Below, piece after piece: positions 42,759 through 53,374 of a stretch of DNA of 64,000 nucleotides. Each line of letters starts with the position of its first letter. Position 1 is the stretch's first letter. Source of the stretch: Candidatus Stahliibacteriota bacterium (GTDB lineage Bacteria > Hydrothermota > Tepidihabitantia > SM23-42). The stretch is taken from NCBI GenBank assembly GCA_030609135.1, contig JAUWCU010000003.1, forward strand, positions 55-64,054, given 5' to 3'. The notes beneath the pieces are model-generated. The model worked only from the letters and a program-made list of their open reading frames with translations, was not told where the DNA came from and did no database searches. The translations under genes and the position numbers were made by a program.

Positions 42759-45069
42759 ATGAAAAGAGTGGTCATTGGGATATGTGCAATAGTGATAGGG
42801 TTTATGCCCTTGTCCATCTATGGTTCTGAAATTGCAACTGTAACTTTGGAAACCTGGATGAATGCTTCCCAGGGTTTTGAACCAAACCTTGGTCAGATTG
42901 GCGATTTTGAAGGGAATGTGGTTAATAATATCTTGTGCGCTTTCAAGGGTAATGGACTTGGTATATTCATTAATGAAAAAGGGGTAAGTTATGTTATTTA
43001 TCAAGCGGAAAAAATCTTAAGAGATGAGTCCCAGAGAATTGATTTAAGAGAACCTGAAAAAAATCTTATCCACTATGCAAGGATTGATGTGGAGCTTGTG
43101 AATTCCAATTTTGAAAAGTCAAAAATCGTTTATGAAGATGAGCTACCCGGATATGCGCATTATTATTTGCCACAATGTCCTGATGGTATTCTTTATGTGA
43201 AAAGTTTCAGAAAGGTGCGGATTAAAGAGATATATCCGGGCGTTGACTGGATATGGAAATATGAAGATGGACGGTTGCATCATGAATTTGAGGTCAAACC
43301 TGCGTCTGATGTTTCAAAGATAAAGATGAAGGTTAAATGGGCTGATGTTGAGATAAGCGAAAATGGTAGAAAACTTATATATTCTACGCCACTTGGTAAG
43401 ATAAAAGATGGAAATATACTTGGTTATGAAAATCCGAAATCCAAAATCCGAAATCCGAGACCGATTGATATTTCTTATATAAAAAATGAAGATGGGATAA
43501 TTTCCTTTGAAATAAAGAATTATTCCGGTAAAAATCCTCTAATTATTGACCCACCCCTTGCACTATTATGGGGGACATATTACGGAGGCAATGATCCTGA
43601 TCGTGGCTATTCAATTACAACCGATAATTCAGGTAATATTTTTGTAACTGGGACCACTTATTCAACAGAATTTTCCCACACAAGACCCCGGTGGTGGTGC
43701 TTATTATCAAGGTACAAAAGCAGGATATTTTGATGTATTTGTTTTAAAGTTTACAAATACAGGGGTTCGGCTTTGGGCGACATATTACGGAGGAAATGAC
43801 AGAGATGGGGGCGCTTCAATTATAACTGACAATTCAGGTAATGTTTTTGTAGGTGGAACCACCTATTCAACAGATTTTGCCACACAGGACCCTGGCGGTG
43901 GTGCTTATTATCAAGGAACATTTGCAGGTGTTGGTGATGCATTTATTTTGAAGTTTACAAATGTTGGTATTCGCCTCTGGGCAACATATTACGGCGGAAA
44001 TGATAGTGATATGGTGTGTTCGATTACCACTGATAATTCAGGTAATGTTTTTATAACTGGGTGGACTCTTTCAACAGATTTTCCCATACAGGACCCTGGC
44101 GGTGGTGCCTATTATCAGGGAGCAAATGCAGGTTATAGAGATGCATTTATTTTGAAGTTTACAAATACGGGTGTTCGTCAATGGGCAACGTATTACGGAG
44201 GAAATGCTGGTGATTGGTGCAATTCAATTACAGCGGATAGTTCAGGTAATGTTTTTATAGCCGGATACACCTATTCAACAAATTTCCCCACATATGACCC
44301 CGGGGGAGGTGCTTATTATCAGGAAACACTTGGAGGTGTTCATGATGCATTTATTTTGAAGTTTACAAATACCGGTGTTCGGCAAAGGGCGACATATTAC
44401 GGCGGAAATAATGAGGATATGTGTAATTCAGTTACAACTGATGCTTCAGGTAATATTTTTGTGACTGGATACACTTTTTCACCAGATTTTCCCACATATG
44501 ACCCCGGGGGAGGTGCTTATTATCAGGGAGCACTTGCAGGCGGATATGATGCATTTGTCTTGAAGTTTACAAATAGCGGTATTCGCCAATGGGCAACGTA
44601 TTACGGAGGAAATGATGTGGATTGTGGCTTTTCAATTAAAACCGATAATTCAGGTAATGTTTTTGTAACTGGACTAACTGTTTCAACAAATTTCCCAACA
44701 CAGGACCCTGGCGGTGGTGCTTATTATCAGGGGACACATGCAGGTGTTGGTGATGTATTTCTTTTGAAGTTTGAAACTTCACTGGGAATTGTAGAGGAAA
44801 ATACTAAAAAGAATGAGCCTTCGGTTCTAATTATTTCTTCTATCTTTATCAACAGAATACGAATAGACCTTTCATTATCTTCTAAAAAACCCATGGCTCT
44901 TATCCTTTATAATTTATTGGGGCAGAAAATCTTTTCAAGGTCTTATCCTGAAACTAAGTCTCTTATTATAAGAGGCAGAGAGATTGAAGAATTGAGTAAA
45001 GGAATATATTTCTTATCTGTCTATTCAGGAAAAAAAGAGATTGGCAGGGTTAAGCTGATAAAGAGATAA
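42759..45069 (+). pseudogene. SBBP beta-propeller-repeat surface protein with T9SS-type C-terminal sorting domain, interrupted by a 1-nt frameshift near 43668-43670
   Basis: Track ORFs 42717..43733 and 43948..45069 are one gene. Frame +1 from 43669 reads [42 protein letters not shown].., continuing the repeat. Start at ATG 42759 (AAGGAGG; signal MKRVVIGICAIVIGFMPLSIYG). The tail is ..[22 protein letters not shown]. Confidence 0.75.
43569..44780 (+). repeat. Six tandem 204-nt (68-codon) coding repeats (SBBP modules)
   Basis: W/R of (W)ATYYGGN falls at 43569, 43774, 43978, 44182, 44386 and 44590. The extra nucleotide in the first interval is the frameshift. Long stretches look near-identical at DNA level between modules. 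Confidence 0.85.
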
Positions 45070-45126
45070 AGGCTCCATGTTTGCGCGTTGGTTTAATAAT
45101 AACTTTGTAATAATTGGAGGTGTGCG

Positions 45127-47931
45127 ATGGGGCGATTTAAGGTAATTCTTATCGTGATTGTAATCTATTTAATGGCTCAGATTGTTTTTGCTGAGCCCAC
45201 CGCAAAGACTTATATCTTTGCCGCATCCCAATATATGTTTTACCATCCCTGGTATGGTGGAAACCCTCTGGATTCGCTTTGCAAACACTTTGATGTGATT
45301 ATCTTTCATGACTGGAATAGGGATACAATCCCTACGATTCGGGATAGCACAAAAGTAGAATGGCGTAGAAATAATGCGCCAATACTTTTATTGTATAAAG
45401 ATGCAATGACTATATGTGGTCCAGGTCGTCCCTGGCATCCTGAACCAGACCCGACAATTGGTGGTCGTGAAACTGTTGGTGGGTATAATCATTTTGATTC
45501 GTTATTAAAGCAAAATTACCCGTCAGATACTTTCTTTATGTTAGCGACGACCGTAGGTTCTCAGCAAACTTCCCATTATGATACCATCGTTATCGGTAAT
45601 GATACTCTGCATCGTGTCAAGGCTGGTAGTGATCCCTCCTGGCAGTGGCGCTGGGCAATGGCATACGGTGAGTCATACTGGCGGAATTTTTATGCCTGCA
45701 CCACCAAGGTGCAATGCCTGCGGAATTATGCAGACACAACTTATGATGATACCTATTTTGACGGTGTACTCATTGATAATTTGTTACCCTTAAGAAGTCT
45801 GCATGGCTTATATCCACAACAATATCCCGACAATAACAGTTTTAGAGAGGCGGTTTATTCTTTCACCCAGACCGCCTGCTCTGAATATCATAATCTTACA
45901 TCACCTCCGGGTAATCCCCGTTCAATTCTTGGTACTGGCAATTTGAACTATATTTACTTAACACCTCTAAGTGATACAGTATGGAAAAAGCTTCTCCATA
46001 TTTTAGATGGCGGTATGGAGGAAGGCTCAGATGGCTTACACAGATTGTCTTTTAATGACTGGCATAGAATTATGCAGGAAATTGCAATGGCTGAATCTTT
46101 AGGTAAGATATCTTTTATACGTGAGGCAGTTGACTCATGCGAATACGATACAATTATCAATCCCTTTGGATTACTTTCGTTTAGTTCTACAAATCTGATG
46201 TTTGGTTTTACAAGTTATCTTATGGTCTTTGATTCTATGGCGCACTTCTATTTTTGTCCACGGGAAGGTCCGCATTACGCGTTTATCTGCTGGGCGCCAG
46301 TCTTAGATATTGATATTGGTAAGCCAATGGGGCGGTACATCCTGACCGCAGACACCCTCGCATATCGTTATTATGAAGGTGCAGCAGTATTTGCCAATCC
46401 GTGCAGTCTTTCATCAGTAACTGCAGGTTTCCCCGGTGATACTTTGTTGTTCATAAAGACAGCATCCTGCACAGTGGATGTTACAATTGACCAGTTAATA
46501 CTTCCTTCTCATACAGGGGTAATTGGACTTTATCCATTAAACTATTTCCAGGCAAGCGGTTTTGAGCCTGATGACCGTTTGTGCTGGGAGAACTACTGTC
46601 TTGAGGTTGAGGGGGTTACAAATTGCTATGCAAAAAGAGTGCAGGGTATTCCGCCAAACGGTGTGACACCACATTCCGGTCAATGGATGTATAAGGTTTA
46701 TGGTCAGGATGAGAGCACTGATACAAGTTTTGTCAGCTTCAAGGTCTTTCCGTACGATGTGCTGATTGAAGATCCCACTTATCTGTCTTTCTGGATATAT
46801 GTTGAAGATGCACCCGGCGATTCAGCACCGATTGGTATAGACTGTCTACTAAAGAGCGGCAAGCGGTTGAGTGAGTGGACAAAATTTGGCACGATTTTAG
46901 ACCAGTATGGTAAAGAAATAAATCCCGCTGACCGCCGTGTGCCCGAAGGTGCGTGGTATCAATATGTGTTTACATTTAACCCGGCAGTCAACGAAACGAT
47001 TGACCACATTGAGTTGGTTTATGATGGCTCGCAGATTTCAGAGACCGGCGATTTTTGTGCGTATATTGATGATATAGAGATACTAACTCAATTCCCGATA
47101 CTCGATACCTGGTATGCGGAGAAGTTTCCGGTTGGCAGTCCCATCAATAATCCTAACAATTATGACCCGAACTTCTATATGAACTTCATTGCTCAAGGCG
47201 ATTCTGTTAGATTGATTATCAATCCACAGGGTGATGGTGGTGAGGGTGCGCACTGGGTTAACCCGGCGCCAGGGATTAGAAACAACATTACTGATATTTC
47301 TGTTGATTCATTCACAACAGTCATCTGGAGTCAGTATGATAAGGCACACAGTCTGATTCTTTCGCTATTTGTCCATGATAACCAGGAGAATAACCGATGG
47401 CTTATGTATGCAAAGAATGCGAGCAATTGGTGGCCACAAACCGGCTGGGTTGATATGGGAGATACGGCGAGGCATTATAATATGTGGGAAGGGTTTTTTA
47501 GGAACATTAGAGATGATTATACTGCGGAATACGGCGGTGAAGTTGAACCCGAATCTATCATAGAGTTGAGACTGGAGCACTTTGCCCGGTCAGAATGGGT
47601 TGGTGATTCCGGTGGGACAATCAGGAATCTTTTCATCGTGCCCTTCACCCAGGAATTTACCATAAATCAAAATCAGACCTATACCAATATGCCATATGTA
47701 GCACTGAGGACCAAAGTGACTTCTGAGATTGTGGACTCAATGAATATCCATCAGGATTATAGCGATTCGCTTACGGATTCTACTGGCTGGATTGCCTATG
47801 ATACTTCCTATTGCTGGTATCTGCGAGAGGGAGAAGGAAACAACACAGTTTATATTCAATACAAGGTTGGTGGTTTCAGCGAGAGTCCGGTCTATTGCGA
47901 TACCATCATCTTTGATAAAACTTTGACTTGA
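45127..47931 (+). CDS. 934-aa secreted protein; N-terminal half possibly a GH114/GHL-type TIM-barrel glycoside-hydrolase-like domain, C-terminal half unknown
   Basis: Signal peptide MGRFKVILIVIVIYLMAQIVFA (GGAGG upstream). The YFDGVLIDN motif and polysaccharide-locus context are the only basis for the hydrolase guess. Confidence 0.35.
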   Translation: MGRFKVILIVIVIYLMAQIVFAEPTAKTYIFAASQYMFYHPWYGGNPLDSLCKHFDVIIFHDWNRDTIPTIRDSTKVEWRRNNAPILLLYKDAMTICGPGRPWHPEPDPTIGGRETVGGYNHFDSLLKQNYPSDTFFMLATTVGSQQTSHYDTIVIGNDTLHRVKAGSDPSWQWRWAMAYGESYWRNFYACTTKVQCLRNYADTTYDDTYFDGVLIDNLLPLRSLHGLYPQQYPDNNSFREAVYSFTQTACSEYHNLTSPPGNPRSILGTGNLNYIYLTPLSDTVWKKLLHILDGGMEEGSDGLHRLSFNDWHRIMQEIAMAESLGKISFIREAVDSCEYDTIINPFGLLSFSSTNLMFGFTSYLMVFDSMAHFYFCPREGPHYAFICWAPVLDIDIGKPMGRYILTADTLAYRYYEGAAVFANPCSLSSVTAGFPGDTLLFIKTASCTVDVTIDQLILPSHTGVIGLYPLNYFQASGFEPDDRLCWENYCLEVEGVTNCYAKRVQGIPPNGVTPHSGQWMYKVYGQDESTDTSFVSFKVFPYDVLIEDPTYLSFWIYVEDAPGDSAPIGIDCLLKSGKRLSEWTKFGTILDQYGKEINPADRRVPEGAWYQYVFTFNPAVNETIDHIELVYDGSQISETGDFCAYIDDIEILTQFPILDTWYAEKFPVGSPINNPNNYDPNFYMNFIAQGDSVRLIINPQGDGGEGAHWVNPAPGIRNNITDISVDSFTTVIWSQYDKAHSLILSLFVHDNQENNRWLMYAKNASNWWPQTGWVDMGDTARHYNMWEGFFRNIRDDYTAEYGGEVEPESIIELRLEHFARSEWVGDSGGTIRNLFIVPFTQEFTINQNQTYTNMPYVALRTKVTSEIVDSMNIHQDYSDSLTDSTGWIAYDTSYCWYLREGEGNNTVYIQYKVGGFSESPVYCDTIIFDKTLT

Positions 47932-47975
47932 AAATTGTTTTTAAAATAAGAAATTCTGTAACAATTAGAACTCTT

Positions 47976-48027
47976 GTTATTGCGAGCCCACACACCAATG
48001 CATTGGTGTGCGGGCGTGGCAATCTCT
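47976..48027. terminator. Palindromic repeat between convergent genes (bidirectional terminator candidate)
   Basis: ttattgcgagc-CCACACACCAATGCATTGGTGTGCGG-gcgtggcaatctct; a 'cattgcgag...ggcaatct' family unit with a 10-bp perfect palindrome core. Confidence 0.35.
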
Positions 48028-48053
48028 ATTTAGGATATCTGCAATTAAAAAAT

Positions 48054-49031
48054 CTATTTATTAACTTCATTAGCTAAGTACCAATCTATCATTCTTCGGA
48101 ACCCTTCTGTTATCTCTATCTTTTGTATAAACCCCTGTTCTCGTATTTTCTCTGCTTTATGGTGTGTAGCGGTAGCGAACTTCTTCATTCTTGCGGCGGT
48201 AATGGGAAGGTTGCGTCCTGTTATCTTGGCAAGGAGATCAAATATGCTGCCGAGAGATACTGCAAGAAATAAAGGTAGTTTGATTTTCGGTGCACCATAA
48301 GGCAGGCATGTGCCAATCACGTCTACTATCTGAGCTATAGTCATTTGTGGTTCATCAGAATAAGAGAAAATCTGAATACCAGGTTTTAGTTTGTCAATCA
48401 AGAATATGTTTGCATCCACTAAATTTTCTACATAAGCAACCGATTTTATATTATCACCTTTACCAACAAAAACAAATTTCTTCTTGTATATTTTGTCAAT
48501 TAAATTATAAACATTCGCGAAATTATTTGGCCCAAATATTACAGATGGTCTAATAATTATTACATTTCTGCTTTTGTCATCATCAACCCACTTCTGTATA
48601 ACTTTTTCTGCAGCCAGTTTCGATTCACCATAATTATTATCTGGTTGCGGAATAGTATTTTCAGTGCTGGGTTCGTCGTTTGTTCCGTATACTGCCACAG
48701 AGCTATAGAAAATCAGCTTCTTGATCTGCAATTTGGCTGCGCAGTCGAGCAGCATTTGGGTACCGGTTTCATTTACGTGAAAGAATTCTTCCCTTGTGAC
48801 GCCAAAATCATGGTGTTTTGCTGCGAGCGTAATGATTAAATCCACGCCCCGCGCTGCTTTAAGGATATCTTCAGGACATAGCATATTACCAACAAGGCAA
48901 GTGCAGAGCTTATTCAGTTCTTTTGGACCAGGGTTGATATCCAAGCCAATGACTTCATGTTTTTTCTCGACAAGCTTCTTAACCAGAAATTGACCGATAA
49001 AACCTGTGGAACCTATCACCAGTATTTTCAT
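48054..49031 (-). CDS. NAD-dependent epimerase/dehydratase
   Basis: VIGSTGFIGQ; YGESK (YxxxK); 325 aa. Confidence 0.8.
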   Translation of the reverse strand: MKILVIGSTGFIGQFLVKKLVEKKHEVIGLDINPGPKELNKLCTCLVGNMLCPEDILKAARGVDLIITLAAKHHDFGVTREEFFHVNETGTQMLLDCAAKLQIKKLIFYSSVAVYGTNDEPSTENTIPQPDNNYGESKLAAEKVIQKWVDDDKSRNVIIIRPSVIFGPNNFANVYNLIDKIYKKKFVFVGKGDNIKSVAYVENLVDANIFLIDKLKPGIQIFSYSDEPQMTIAQIVDVIGTCLPYGAPKIKLPLFLAVSLGSIFDLLAKITGRNLPITAARMKKFATATHHKAEKIREQGFIQKIEITEGFRRMIDWYLANEVNK

Positions 49032-49044
49032 GTGGATATTATAG

Positions 49045-50238
49045 CTAAAATGGATAATATTTCAATATTTCTCTTACTACTTGTTTTGAATCGAATTTTT
49101 GAAGAGCTATATCTCTACTTGCTTGGCCCATACTGGAAATCAACCCTGGGTTAGCAATATACTTTTCCATGGCTGAGGCAAGTTTTGCTGAATCCTTAAT
49201 TGGCACCAGAAAACCATTTATACCATCCTCAACAACCTCCCTACAGCCAGTTGAATCGGTAGTAATTATGGGCATTCCCATTGCGGCACCTTCTAATAGT
49301 GATAAAGGAAGCCCCTCTCGATAATAGGATGGCAAAACTATCACATCTGCCTTTTCATAATAGGTTTTTATATTATCAGTCATGCCAAAGTATTTCACTG
49401 TGCCTTCTTTATTCCATTTCTCCAATTGCTCTGAAGATATGCCTTTTGGGTTTTGTAGATCTACAGGACCCAATAACCAGAAATCAACGTTATTATATTT
49501 CTTGCGGAGCGTATATGCAGCATCGACAAACTCTTTAATCCCTTTGTCCCATAACATGCGGGCGGCAAGAATGAAGGTGACTACTTTTTTTCGCTCGTGC
49601 TTACGTGGCGAAAATTTGGCGGTATCAACACCTGTTCCTGGAATCACGCTTGTTTTCTGTTTATCTACCATTTTATGTTCAAGAAAGTAATTTCTATCAT
49701 CCTGATTTTGGAAAAATACATGTTGGGAGAATAGCATAGTTCTTCGGTAGAGAAATCTTACAATCTTTTGAACCCAGAACTTCTTGAAACTAGTACCAGT
49801 AAAGACATAACCCAATCCTGGAACCATATTGTAGATATGTCTAACACGCGATACGCGGGCTGCTATTGTGCCATAGATCACAGGTTTAACAGTGAAGTGT
49901 TGGACTATATCTGGCTTGTGGCGTTTATAAATGCTAAGGAATTTGAGAAATAGTACAATATCCTCAAATGGATTAATGCCACTGCGTGTAATCTGTATAT
50001 CTAGGTGCTTAATACCGTATTCTTGAAAATGTTTTGCATAGGAGTCAAACGGAGCAAGTGCAAATACCTGGTATCCACGCTTTACCAGTTCTTTAAGAAG
50101 CGGTAAACGAAAATTGAAAAGATACCAGGATGTGTTACTTGAAACTACAGTTTTTTTTGGTTTATCGTGAGACACTCGGGTTATTATATACGTTGGCATA
50201 ATAAAGTCAAGGATTCTCAAATGATTATTTCTTGACAT
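49045..50238 (-). CDS. glycosyltransferase family 4 (GT-B)
   Basis: ..YYREGLPLSLLEGAAMGMPIITTDSTGCRE..; alternative start at M14 (50199). Confidence 0.75.
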   Translation of the reverse strand: MSRNNHLRILDFIMPTYIITRVSHDKPKKTVVSSNTSWYLFNFRLPLLKELVKRGYQVFALAPFDSYAKHFQEYGIKHLDIQITRSGINPFEDIVLFLKFLSIYKRHKPDIVQHFTVKPVIYGTIAARVSRVRHIYNMVPGLGYVFTGTSFKKFWVQKIVRFLYRRTMLFSQHVFFQNQDDRNYFLEHKMVDKQKTSVIPGTGVDTAKFSPRKHERKKVVTFILAARMLWDKGIKEFVDAAYTLRKKYNNVDFWLLGPVDLQNPKGISSEQLEKWNKEGTVKYFGMTDNIKTYYEKADVIVLPSYYREGLPLSLLEGAAMGMPIITTDSTGCREVVEDGINGFLVPIKDSAKLASAMEKYIANPGLISSMGQASRDIALQKFDSKQVVREILKYYPF

Positions 50239-50348
50239 ATGCGTATAATTTGTGTATTGTTATGAGCGAATTCAAGTGGTGCGGATTTATTATTACAATC
50301 TGAAAAAGGTGTTTCCAAATAGGGTGATAAAGAAAGGAAGGTAGAGAT

Positions 50349-50777
50349 ATGCCTCTTAATCAAATGAATGACCAACTGAACGACGCATTTGAAACATATT
50401 TTCCAAAATTTGGGGTTTTGATAAGATTTGTTTATAGATTATTTAGTTTACTCGTACTAATTGGGTTGAAACTACGAATTATGCTATTACCAGAAGCAGA
50501 TAGACGAGCTGTTGCTCAGGTATCAAAGTGGCTAAGACGAGGAGGTCAGCTTCTTGTCACCGTTCCATTTGGGAAACCTGAGGTGACCAAGAAGCACCGA
50601 ATTTATGATATTGGTAGATTGAAATATCTTTTTTCTGACTTCAAGTGGGTACAACAGCGGTTTTTTGAGCGAGTTGAGGGAGCATGGGTTCAGAGCAGTG
50701 CTGAGAAATTAAAAAATGTAGCTTCTTCTACCCTACCTCCTAATGACGTAGCGATTCTTGACCTTGAAAGGAAATGA
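50349..50777 (+). CDS. Methyltransferase-like C-terminal fragment (no SAM motif I)
   Basis: ..VSKWLRRGGQLLVTVPFGKPEV..HRIYD.. resembles the post-motif-III part of class I methyltransferases. The N-terminal 50 aa are hydrophobic and unrelated. Confidence 0.35.
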   Translation: MPLNQMNDQLNDAFETYFPKFGVLIRFVYRLFSLLVLIGLKLRIMLLPEADRRAVAQVSKWLRRGGQLLVTVPFGKPEVTKKHRIYDIGRLKYLFSDFKWVQQRFFERVEGAWVQSSAEKLKNVASSTLPPNDVAILDLERK

Positions 50778-50826
50778 TTAGAAAAGGTCACATATCAGTG
50801 TTAATGATTGCTGTGCACACCTCATC

Positions 50827-51939
50827 ATGTCCTTAAAGAAAATATTAATAGATGCTACAGGAATCGTTGATATACCCACTGGTTTAGGGAAATATAGCTA
50901 CTATCTTTTAAAAGCATTACTTAAAAGTTCAGATTATACATTTGTAGTACTTCACCAGGTAAGTTTAATGAAAACCCATCCACTTTTTCAACTAAGTAAG
51001 ACAAATCTGAGATTCATGCCCGTGGATGCTCCTACAATTGGTCCAAAGCGAGAGCTGACAATGTTCAGTTTGCGAAAGGAAATAAACGAGTATGATATTT
51101 TTCATTGCCTCAGCTCATATTTACCAGCTTTTGGTTTGCGCATTCCATCAATAGTAACGATACATGACCTGAAATATCTTCTGTTTCCTGATTTTTTTGG
51201 TAACCGATTTAAAACGCTATATTATGATTGGATAATTCGGAAAGGAATTCGAAACGCATCTCGTGTTATTGCTGTATCTGAGGCTACAAAAAGAGACATT
51301 GAAGATATTGGTGTGCGGTCAAATAAGATCCAGGTAATATATGAAGCTTCAACAATTCCATTTTCTGGTTCCAGCGATGATTTACCAGACGAATTGCGTG
51401 GTAAATCATACTTGCTATTCGTGGGTGAAAATCGACCCCACAAGAATATATTCAGACTCATAAAGGCATACAACAAAGTACTTTGTAGACTTGGTGAACT
51501 ATGTCCTTTTCTTGTGTTTGTCGGATCAGGATTTAATAGTCTAAAAGAGAGGTGTAAGTGTGAAAAAATACTTATTTGTGGACTAGTCTCGGAAGCAAAA
51601 GTAGTAAGTTTATATAGACATGCAATAGTGCTCATTTATCCATCTTTGTATGAAGGCTTTGGATTGCCAATATTAGAGGCAATGTCTACAGAAACGCCAG
51701 TCATTACTTCAAATTGTTCATCTATGCCTGAGGTTGCTGGAGAAGCAGCAATTCTTGTCGATCCATACAATGTAGATCAATTGGCAGATGCAATATTAAA
51801 GGTCATACAGAACAATTCCGAAAAGAGGAGATTAGGACATTTGGGCACACGACGTGCAAAATGTTTTTCCTGGGGAAGAGCAGCAAAATCGATTGAAGCT
51901 CTATATGCAAGAATTTTATCATATAGAGAAAACCGATAG
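50827..51939 (+). CDS. glycosyltransferase family 4 (GT-B)
   Basis: ..PSLYEGFGLPILEAMSTETPVITSNCSSMPEV.. Confidence 0.8.
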   Translation: MSLKKILIDATGIVDIPTGLGKYSYYLLKALLKSSDYTFVVLHQVSLMKTHPLFQLSKTNLRFMPVDAPTIGPKRELTMFSLRKEINEYDIFHCLSSYLPAFGLRIPSIVTIHDLKYLLFPDFFGNRFKTLYYDWIIRKGIRNASRVIAVSEATKRDIEDIGVRSNKIQVIYEASTIPFSGSSDDLPDELRGKSYLLFVGENRPHKNIFRLIKAYNKVLCRLGELCPFLVFVGSGFNSLKERCKCEKILICGLVSEAKVVSLYRHAIVLIYPSLYEGFGLPILEAMSTETPVITSNCSSMPEVAGEAAILVDPYNVDQLADAILKVIQNNSEKRRLGHLGTRRAKCFSWGRAAKSIEALYARILSYRENR

Positions 51940-51981
51940 TTATTAACCCACATCCTCAATCAAAAAAACCGGGCTGGATCA

Positions 51982-53082
51982 TTATAATTGTTCGCTATTC
52001 AAGAATTTTTTTTGCGGTCTGTCCAAAAACGGCAGAATTGCTTTATAATTTTCCCTGCCAACATCATCCCAGGTTCTTAATTTTTTGCTTAACCGGACAT
52101 TGTTTTTCATTATGGCATATCTTAAATTAGTATCACATGCTAATTTGCGAATTGCCAGAGCAAGCGATTCAGAATCTTCAGTGTCATAGAGAATACCATT
52201 GGTATTGTTGTCAATGATACCAACAGTTGTCGGTATACTAGATGCAATTACCGGAAGCCCAAATGAAATTGCTTCTACTAGAACCATACCAAATGTTTCG
52301 TGACGCGATGGAAAAACGAATAAGTCAGCCTTCTTATAGAGGTTTGAGAGTTCATTTGGTGACAAGCAACCATGAAATGATACATGGTCAGTCAATTGAC
52401 TTTCGTTGATTGTTTTTTGAATATTTCTGAAATAACTCGAATTTCTGTTATATAAACCAGCAACGTCCAAATGCAAGTCGAGATCTTTCAATCTACCCAT
52501 GGCCTTAATTAAAATATCCAAGCCCTTTCGCCATTCAACATGTCCGGTGAATAGTATTTTACTAACCTGCCTGTGAAATAATACTTCGTTCTGTCCTACA
52601 ACATTGGGCGCAGGATTGACTACAACTATTTTTTTTCTTTCGATATGAAAAACTTTGAATTGTTGGATGGCGGCTTTACTTGGTATAATAAGCAATGAGG
52701 CGCCTTGAAGAATTAGATATTCGCACAGAAATTCAAGCCATCTCATAAAGAAATTTTTCCTGAGATTGTATTGGGTTAAATGACAACCACATCCGTATTT
52801 GTTTCCCATTAGGCGGCTGAAAAAAAGCGGAATTAAAAGATAAAAATAGAGATTATGGTTGGTAAAAGAAAAAATACCTTTTCTGTTTCTCAAAAAGTGT
52901 TTAAGGATATAAACAACGAAAAGAAAACGATTATTTCTGGCTTTTATTGGAACTGTATCGCAATTAAACACATCCATATTTAATTTTTCACGCTTCAGAT
53001 ATTGTATAGTATTTGCTAAATAGTAATGTCCACCTGTACTAAGATTCTTGAAATTTCTATGAATTACTATGAGCTTATTCAT
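51982..53082 (-). CDS. glycosyltransferase family 4 (GT-B)
   Basis: ..PSRHETFGMVLVEAISFGLPVIASSIP.. Confidence 0.8.
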   Translation of the reverse strand: MNKLIVIHRNFKNLSTGGHYYLANTIQYLKREKLNMDVFNCDTVPIKARNNRFLFVVYILKHFLRNRKGIFSFTNHNLYFYLLIPLFFSRLMGNKYGCGCHLTQYNLRKNFFMRWLEFLCEYLILQGASLLIIPSKAAIQQFKVFHIERKKIVVVNPAPNVVGQNEVLFHRQVSKILFTGHVEWRKGLDILIKAMGRLKDLDLHLDVAGLYNRNSSYFRNIQKTINESQLTDHVSFHGCLSPNELSNLYKKADLFVFPSRHETFGMVLVEAISFGLPVIASSIPTTVGIIDNNTNGILYDTEDSESLALAIRKLACDTNLRYAIMKNNVRLSKKLRTWDDVGRENYKAILPFLDRPQKKFLNSEQL

Positions 53083-53115
53083 AATAATATAGTAGCATAA
53101 TATTATTTCCAGCCT

Positions 53116-53143
53116 ATTATACTGATATCAGTGTGTATGTCAA
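53116..53143 (-). promoter_or_regulatory. promoter of the GT gene 51982..53082
   Basis: Minus strand reads TTGACA-N16-TATAAT; 33-nt leader. Confidence 0.6.
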
Positions 53144-53374
53144 CGACGTAAAACTCTCAGTAATTTGGAATATAATATTTTTGATACGGAAATAAACCAA
53201 GTAGACCTACCAAATACGTTTTGATGTTTCTGACGTTGAAGCATATGTATTTGTGCTAATTGAGATGTGTAAGTTGCTCTGAAGCGATAGCTCTTGACAC
53301 ACAAAGGGTTGGGAGTATAATGGTGCGATTAGATTCGCTCCGTTCTTGCAGCACGATATGCATATTCTGTTTTC

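Noticed and set aside
42575-42817. 80-aa minus-strand ORF spanning the G9 tract and SBBP promoter
   Set aside because: It overlaps the promoter, leader and start of the SBBP gene on the opposite strand and has no start signals or recognisable motifs.
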